Assembly (NCBI GenBank): GCA_041659405.1
Contig: JBAZYK010000001.1
Coordinates: 150,001 to 182,000 of the forward strand
Source: Candidatus Altimarinota bacterium
Lineage (GTDB): Bacteria; Patescibacteriota; Gracilibacteria; UBA1369
Direction: 5' to 3'
DNA: 32,000 nt
The translations under genes were made by a program, and so were the position numbers. Of this stretch, positions 26,884 through 32,000 are shown piece by piece (the stretch's first letter is position 1; each line of letters begins with the position of its first letter). The notes under the pieces are model-generated. The model worked only from the letters and a program-made list of their open reading frames with translations, did not search any database and was not told where the DNA came from.

Positions 26884-27936
26884 TTGCATATAAGTATGGG
26901 AAAAATCTCTGATTACGTAATCGCAACAATCGGAAGTCATTCGGCATTACAGATCCTAAAGGGCGCAAAGGATGAAGGCTTTAAGACCTTGTGTATCTGT
27001 GAAAAAGGCCGTGAGGTTGCTTACAAAAGTTTCAAAGTGGCCGATGAATTTATCATGCTTGATTCAATGAATGATTTTTTCTCGGTTGAAGAAGAGCTGA
27101 TTAAAAGAAACGCGATTTTGATTCCACATGGTTCATTTGTAAGCCAAATTGGCTGGGAAAAAGTTCAGGATTTAAAGGTTATGCATTATGGAACAAAAGG
27201 TATTCTGGAATGGGAATCGGATCGTGTAAAAGAGCGCGAATGGCTTAAGGCAGCCGGACTTCGCCAGCCAAAAGTTTTCAAAACTCCTGAAGATATTGAT
27301 CGACCGGTGATTATTAAATTTCATGGAGCTAAGGGAGGCAAAGGTTATTTCATCGCTAATAATACAAAAGAATTTCATGAACGCATCAAGGAATACCCTA
27401 ATGAAACTGGTTATGTTATTCAGGAATACATTGTAGGTGTGCCAATTTATACTCATTATTTTTATTCACGCCTGACCCAGGAATTGGAGTTGATGGGTTT
27501 TGATAAACGTTATGAATCCAACGCGGATTCAATTGGACGCATTGCCGCAAAAGATCAGCTGGATGCCAATATTCGTACATCCTACACAATTACGGGCAAT
27601 ATGCCTTTGGTACTGCGCGAATCGATTTTGCCGGAAGTTTTTGAAATGGGCGAAAATGTAGTGCGCGAGTCACGAAAATTGGCAGAGTTTAAGAGTGGAA
27701 AAATCATGACTGATGGCTTATTTGGGCCATTTTGTCTGGAAGCGATCTTGGATCCACATTTGAATTTTTATGTTTTTGAAATTTCCGCCCGCATTGTGGC
27801 AGGAACAAATCCTTACGTTCATGGCTCACCTTACACCTGGCTTCGTTACGACGAACCAATGAGCACCGGCCGTAGAATGGCGCGTGACATTAAGCAGGCA
27901 ATTGAAGGCGATCAGATTGAAAAGGTTTTGGGGTAG
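26884..27936 (+). CDS. purP: PurP-type ATP-grasp ligase (5-formaminoimidazole-4-carboxamide-1-beta-D-ribofuranosyl 5'-monophosphate synthetase-like)
   Basis: 350 aa; ATIGSHSALQILKGAKDEGFKTLCICEKGR, LIPHGSFV, IIKFHGAKGGKGYFIA, ELMGFDKRYESN...RIAAKDQL, GLFGPFCLEA match PurP (IMP biosynthesis, archaeal type). Confidence 0.9.
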   Translation: MHISMGKISDYVIATIGSHSALQILKGAKDEGFKTLCICEKGREVAYKSFKVADEFIMLDSMNDFFSVEEELIKRNAILIPHGSFVSQIGWEKVQDLKVMHYGTKGILEWESDRVKEREWLKAAGLRQPKVFKTPEDIDRPVIIKFHGAKGGKGYFIANNTKEFHERIKEYPNETGYVIQEYIVGVPIYTHYFYSRLTQELELMGFDKRYESNADSIGRIAAKDQLDANIRTSYTITGNMPLVLRESILPEVFEMGENVVRESRKLAEFKSGKIMTDGLFGPFCLEAILDPHLNFYVFEISARIVAGTNPYVHGSPYTWLRYDEPMSTGRRMARDIKQAIEGDQIEKVLG

Positions 27937-27999
27937 ATTCGGCAAATACCGTCGCGATAATGCAGTAGGTAGAGAAATTTAGTCCGGTTTGGGTACTTT

Positions 28000-28512
28000 T
28001 TAAGCCTCTGATGCTGGTGGTGCTTCTGTTGATGGTGGATCTTCCGGCGGCGGTGGTGGGACGAGTGTGTCCCTTAATGCTTGGCCTAATTGTTTGCCTG
28101 TTTCATCTCTGCTGGCTTCTAATTTGCTAAGATCTGCCGGTTTTAGTCTTATGACGTAAACACGTCTTACTTCACTGATTAAAGCGCGATATTTTTCGTA
28201 GCGATCCCGCATCCTGTTAGTTGGTCCCTGCGATACCATCTGTTTAATGCGTTGCCTGAAGTCTTTTTTTTCAGTAGCTTTTGGCTTTGTTGTTTTTTCA
28301 GTCTCGAAAAGTTTCTCCATTGCTTGCCCTGCTTCAGCTCTTTTTTCTTCTAGAGCTCTTCGCAATGCTATTAAATCATCAGTTGAAAGTGTCTCCAGTT
28401 TATCCTTGCCAAAAGTTGGGGACCACGTTTTGTCGAATGTTTTCATTACTTCATCAAGTAACGCCTGGGCTTCCGTGCTCATGTTTTCTGAATGTTTTTC
28501 AGCTGTATCCAT
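28000..28512 (-). CDS. Hypothetical protein with Pro-rich C-terminus
   Basis: 170 aa ORF, helical/charged with PPPPPEDPPSTEAPPASEA tail; sits antiparallel between the two purP-like genes. Confidence 0.55.
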   Translation of the reverse strand: MDTAEKHSENMSTEAQALLDEVMKTFDKTWSPTFGKDKLETLSTDDLIALRRALEEKRAEAGQAMEKLFETEKTTKPKATEKKDFRQRIKQMVSQGPTNRMRDRYEKYRALISEVRRVYVIRLKPADLSKLEASRDETGKQLGQALRDTLVPPPPPEDPPSTEAPPASEA

Positions 28513-28670
28513 AGTTTTTTGTTAATTTTTTACTCGTTGTACCATTTTACCATATTGTACAGATTCCAGCAAATACCCACTTGGTTCCCAGAATGGGCAA
28601 TTACACGCTTACTTGTGCGTGCGCACAGATTCATGGTCAATCTTGGCTTATATTAGCCGTTTCGATTTTC

Positions 28671-28746
28671 AAAAGGACGTTTTTAATTGATGAACTTTAT
28701 TGCACATCTGACCATTCTTTGCCCAAACGTCTTTTTTTTGGTATGC
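28671..28746 (+). promoter_or_regulatory. Long-range stem followed by U-tract just upstream of the second purP-like gene (candidate attenuator/terminator-like leader)
   Basis: AAAAGGACGTTT (28671-28682) pairs with AAACGTCTTTTT (28735-28746): 12 bp with one G.U; right arm runs into T8; ATG at 28772. Confidence 0.35.
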
Positions 28747-28771
28747 TCTGGCCTGCCAATAATTTTTTTCT

Positions 28772-29914
28772 ATGATTTCCCGCCAATCAATTTACGACAT
28801 TCTAAAAAAATACGATCCAACCAAGATTTCAATTGGGGTTTTGGGTGGGCACAGCGCTTTGGACGTTTGTCATGGTGCTAAAAAATATGGTTTCCGCACG
28901 GTTGCGGTTTGCCAAAAAGGTCGTGAAAAAACTTATTCTCAATATTACAAAACTCGTACTGATGCCAGCGGTCAGACCAAAGGCTGCGTTGATGAGGTTA
29001 TTTTGGTGGATAAATTTGCCGATATTGTTAAGCCGGAAATCCAACAAAAATTGCGTGATTTAAACACTATTTTTATCCACAACCGTTATTTTTGGGTTTA
29101 TTGTAATTTTGATGAGATTGAAAATGACTTTATGGTGCCAATTTTGGGCACTCGTGAAATGTTAAAACTGGAAGAGCGCGACGTGGCAAACAATCAGTAT
29201 TATCTTTTGGAACAGGCCGGAGTGCGCTTTCCTAAGATCTTTTCTTCACCTGAACAAATCGACAAATTGGCAATTGTAAAAGTTAATGAAGAAGAACGTG
29301 GCTATGAAAGGGCTTTTTTCCTGGCTGCGGATTTTGAGGATTTTAAAAAGAAATCCGGTGAACTTTTGGCAAATAAAACCATCTCCCAAGCTTCGCTTGA
29401 TAAAGCGGTTATTGAAGAATTTATTGTTGGAGCTCCGGTGAATTTTAATTATTTTTATTCACCAATTTCCGGCGAACTGGAACTGATGGGCACGGATATG
29501 CGCCGTCAAACCAATCTGGATGGACTTTTGCGCTTACCTGCTCCCGAACAAATTGCAGTTTTGAAATACATGAAGCCAAAAATGGTGGAAACAGGCCATG
29601 TGGCGGTAACAATTAAAGAATCATTGGTGGAAAAAGCTTTAGAAATGGGTGAAAAATTTATTCAATTAACGCAAAAAGTGATCCCGGGTGGCTTAATTGG
29701 GCCATTTGCTTTGCAAGGCGCTGTTGCCGCGGAATCCGGACGTGAAGAATTAGTGATCTTTGATGTAAGTTTGCGTATACCTGGCTCCCCTGGGACCCGT
29801 TTTACGCCCTATAGCGGCTATTTATACGGCGAAAGCGTGGGTTATGGTGATAGAATCGCTATGGAGATCCAAAACGCGCTTAAAACGAACCAATTGGATA
29901 AACTGGTGACTTAA
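28772..29914 (+). CDS. Divergent PurP-family paralogue (ATP-grasp)
   Basis: 380 aa; ISIGVLGGHSALDVCHGAKKYGFRTVAVCQKGRE, IVKVNEEERGYERAFFLA, ELELMGTDMRRQTNLDGLLRLP, GGLIGPFALQ align with the first PurP copy but with altered nucleotide/phosphate-binding motifs. Confidence 0.85.
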   Translation: MISRQSIYDILKKYDPTKISIGVLGGHSALDVCHGAKKYGFRTVAVCQKGREKTYSQYYKTRTDASGQTKGCVDEVILVDKFADIVKPEIQQKLRDLNTIFIHNRYFWVYCNFDEIENDFMVPILGTREMLKLEERDVANNQYYLLEQAGVRFPKIFSSPEQIDKLAIVKVNEEERGYERAFFLAADFEDFKKKSGELLANKTISQASLDKAVIEEFIVGAPVNFNYFYSPISGELELMGTDMRRQTNLDGLLRLPAPEQIAVLKYMKPKMVETGHVAVTIKESLVEKALEMGEKFIQLTQKVIPGGLIGPFALQGAVAAESGREELVIFDVSLRIPGSPGTRFTPYSGYLYGESVGYGDRIAMEIQNALKTNQLDKLVT

Positions 29915-29955
29915 AAATACTAAAGCGCATTTACGATCCAGCATAATCATTTCCT

Positions 29956-31449
29956 ATGAAAGTCATACTACTTGCAGCGGGAAGAAGCAAAAGGCTTAAG
30001 CCGATTGAGGATAAGAATTTCTTGAAGTTTTTGGGAAAGCCCTTGTTGCTTCATCAGTTAGAGCAGCTTTCAGTTTTTTTTGATGATTTTATTGTCATTG
30101 GTGGAGCACATAATCTGGAAAAAATTCGGGAGCTTTTGAATGGCTGGAAGGCGAATAAAACTGGAGGGAAGGCAAAATCCGGCAAATCTAAATTAAAATC
30201 CACAGGTCCAAAATTCCAATTTGTTGAACAAAAAAATCTGGATGAGGGCATGGCCGGGGCTTTATTAAGCGCTGAAAGCTTAATCGGGAAAGAGCCGATT
30301 TTGGTTGTGAGTGCGAACGATGTCGTTGAAAGTCAGGCTTATAAACTTATGCTGGAAGCGATTAAGTCTGTTGATGGCGCAAACGGCCAGGCCAAGAGTG
30401 CCGCTAAAAAAAGCCAAAAAAAGCTCGTTCTGCTCGCGAAAGGAGTAGGCACTTCGGGCCAACTTGAGAGCTTTCTCATCGGCAAAAAAGTTGAAAGTTA
30501 TTTCCCTGGTGGATATTTAAAAACGGCAAAAGATGGCTCCATTCAGGGCATTGTAGAAAAACCGGGCGCGGGGAATGAACCAAGTGACATGATCAATCTG
30601 GTTATCCATTATCATAAAAACAGTGAAGCGTTATTAAAGGCTTTGCATAGCGTTAATTCGACTAAAGATGATAGATATGAAGTTGCGATGGACCACCTGA
30701 TTAAAGCAGGTCACAAGATGAAGTCAGTGCCATATAATGGCTTCTGGCAAAGCATTAAATACCCATGGCACGTTTTAAGTTTGATGGAATATTTTTTGAG
30801 AACGATTGAAGGAAACGGAGAGCGCAAGGCTCGTGGTAAAAATAAGCCCTTCATACTTGAAGGCAAAAACGTTGAAATTGCAAAAACAGCAATCATTAAA
30901 GGCCCGGTTTTTCTGGATGATGGTGTAAAAGTTTTTGAAAATGCGGTGATTTCAGGTCCGGCCTATATCGGTAAAAATAGTATTGTGGCCACAAATGCTT
31001 TGGTTCGCGGATCAATGACCGGCGAAAATTGTATTATTGGGTTTAGTACAGAAGTTGCCCGCAGCTATCTTGGTGACATGGTTTGGACTCACAGTAATTA
31101 TATTGGTGATAGTGTAATTGGTAATAATGTTTCTTTTGGAGCCGGCACGGTAACTGGCAATTTACGGCTTGATGAAGGCAATATCAAGGTTAATATTACA
31201 GATGTAAGAATCGATAGTGGCCGTAATAAATTCGGTTTAATTACAGGTAATAATGTTCGCTGTGGAATCAATACAAGCTTTATGCCAGGCGTAAAAATCG
31301 GTAATAATTCCATGATTGGTGCGGGAATAATTGTGGCGGAGGATATTCCGGACAATAAATTGGTTTATGGAAAAACTGAACTTGTAATTAAAAATTATAC
31401 AGCAAAAATCGACGAAAAAAAGCGGGCAGAGATGAAGGGGAAGTTATAA
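29956..31449 (+). CDS. Sugar-1-phosphate nucleotidyltransferase with left-handed beta-helix (hexapeptide) C-terminal domain, GlmU/RmlA-like
   Basis: 497 aa; MKVILLAAGRSKRLKPIEDKNFLKFLGKPLL N-terminus; hexapeptide repeats (VFENAVISGPAYIGKNSIVATNALV..., IGDSVIGNNVSFGAGTVTGNL) C-terminus. Confidence 0.88.
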   Translation: MKVILLAAGRSKRLKPIEDKNFLKFLGKPLLLHQLEQLSVFFDDFIVIGGAHNLEKIRELLNGWKANKTGGKAKSGKSKLKSTGPKFQFVEQKNLDEGMAGALLSAESLIGKEPILVVSANDVVESQAYKLMLEAIKSVDGANGQAKSAAKKSQKKLVLLAKGVGTSGQLESFLIGKKVESYFPGGYLKTAKDGSIQGIVEKPGAGNEPSDMINLVIHYHKNSEALLKALHSVNSTKDDRYEVAMDHLIKAGHKMKSVPYNGFWQSIKYPWHVLSLMEYFLRTIEGNGERKARGKNKPFILEGKNVEIAKTAIIKGPVFLDDGVKVFENAVISGPAYIGKNSIVATNALVRGSMTGENCIIGFSTEVARSYLGDMVWTHSNYIGDSVIGNNVSFGAGTVTGNLRLDEGNIKVNITDVRIDSGRNKFGLITGNNVRCGINTSFMPGVKIGNNSMIGAGIIVAEDIPDNKLVYGKTELVIKNYTAKIDEKKRAEMKGKL

Positions 31450-31459
31450 ATGTGGTCGT

Positions 31460-31506
31460 TTTATCGCTCATGATGAGCTATAAAACTGGGGGTTTTGAGC
31501 GATAAA
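31460..31506. terminator. Inverted repeat between convergent genes (possible bidirectional terminator)
   Basis: TTTATCGCTCA (31460-31470) / TGAGCGATAAA (31496-31506), 11 bp perfect, plus nested competing hairpin GCTCATGATGAGC (31466-31478). Confidence 0.4.
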
Positions 31507-31530
31507 TTCAAAGAGCCTTAATCGTGGCTT

Positions 31531-32000
31531 CTACGTATATTTCCAAAAATTCTCTTTATTGACGGAGTGCTGCGATTCAATTTTATCTTCATAAAGCTTT
31601 ATAAAAGCGATTGATGGTTTTTCAGCATGGCCATATTTAATTTCCATTGGAACCAGTTTTCCAGTCAGGTTGTTTAATAAAACAAGATCCACTTCGGCCA
31701 TATTTTTTGATCTCCAGAAAAATAGCTTGTATGGATTGCCGAAATATTGCATGTCCCAACTTAAAGTATTTACTACTAAATTTTCAAACATTGCGCCGAT
31801 ATCCGTGCGGTTTTCAGGCAGCACAAAATTGTCGATAAGTGCGTTTCTAATGCCAAGATCAGTAAAGTATATTTTAAAATTTCTGGTTACTTCTTTCCGT
31901 GGATTGCCTGAAAAAGCTTTTAAAATATGGATAATTTTAAATTTTTCACAAAGGCCCAAATATTCAACTACTGTTTTCCTGTTGATCTCCAGTTTAAGCG
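31531..32000 (-). CDS. C-terminal part of a DUF4143-type AAA ATPase (partial; frame continues past window end)
   Basis: Reverse frame reads LKLEINRKTVVEYLGLCEKFKIIHILKAFSGNPRKEVTRNFKIYFTDLGIRNALI...FENLVVNTL...FFWRSKNMAEVDLVL, typical of DUF4143; no stop between 31959 and 32000. Confidence 0.8.
   Translation of the reverse strand, partial: LKLEINRKTVVEYLGLCEKFKIIHILKAFSGNPRKEVTRNFKIYFTDLGIRNALIDNFVLPENRTDIGAMFENLVVNTLSWDMQYFGNPYKLFFWRSKNMAEVDLVLLNNLTGKLVPMEIKYGHAEKPSIAFIKLYEDKIESQHSVNKENFWKYT

Overview
This 32 kb window comes from a small, AT-leaning bacterial genome that looks like Patescibacteria/CPR. That taxonomy is inferred from gene content, leaders without Shine-Dalgarno sites and a CPR-style VirB6-like protein; it was not tested. 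The window contains: (1) an F1 ATP synthase operon, atpF(end)-atpH-atpA-atpG-atpD-atpC, + strand, 2-5225; (2) a co-directional minus-strand cluster of four large, poorly characterised proteins plus a small membrane protein (5334-16021), centred on a VirB6/TrbL-like multi-TM protein; (3) an HNH endonuclease gene with a 715-nt upstream region rich in palindromes; (4) purL and an rpsF-ssb-rpsR operon, minus strand; (5) a LysM/M23 peptidase, yidD, purH, a glutaredoxin-like protein and a PAP2 phosphatase; (6) two divergent PurP-like (archaeal-type) ligases, a sugar nucleotidyltransferase and the end of a DUF4143-type ATPase. The most striking signal is a pair of intergenic elements inside the ATP synthase operon, one after atpA and one after atpD. 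Each has an identical 42-nt core capped on a long helix. The helix arms differ completely in sequence but keep the same architecture (11 bp, 1x1 mismatch, 6-9 bp). This looks like a structured RNA conserved by compensatory change, placed just downstream of the two high-stoichiometry F1 subunits. I do not recognise it as a known family. No CRISPR array, tRNA, rRNA or clear transposon was seen.
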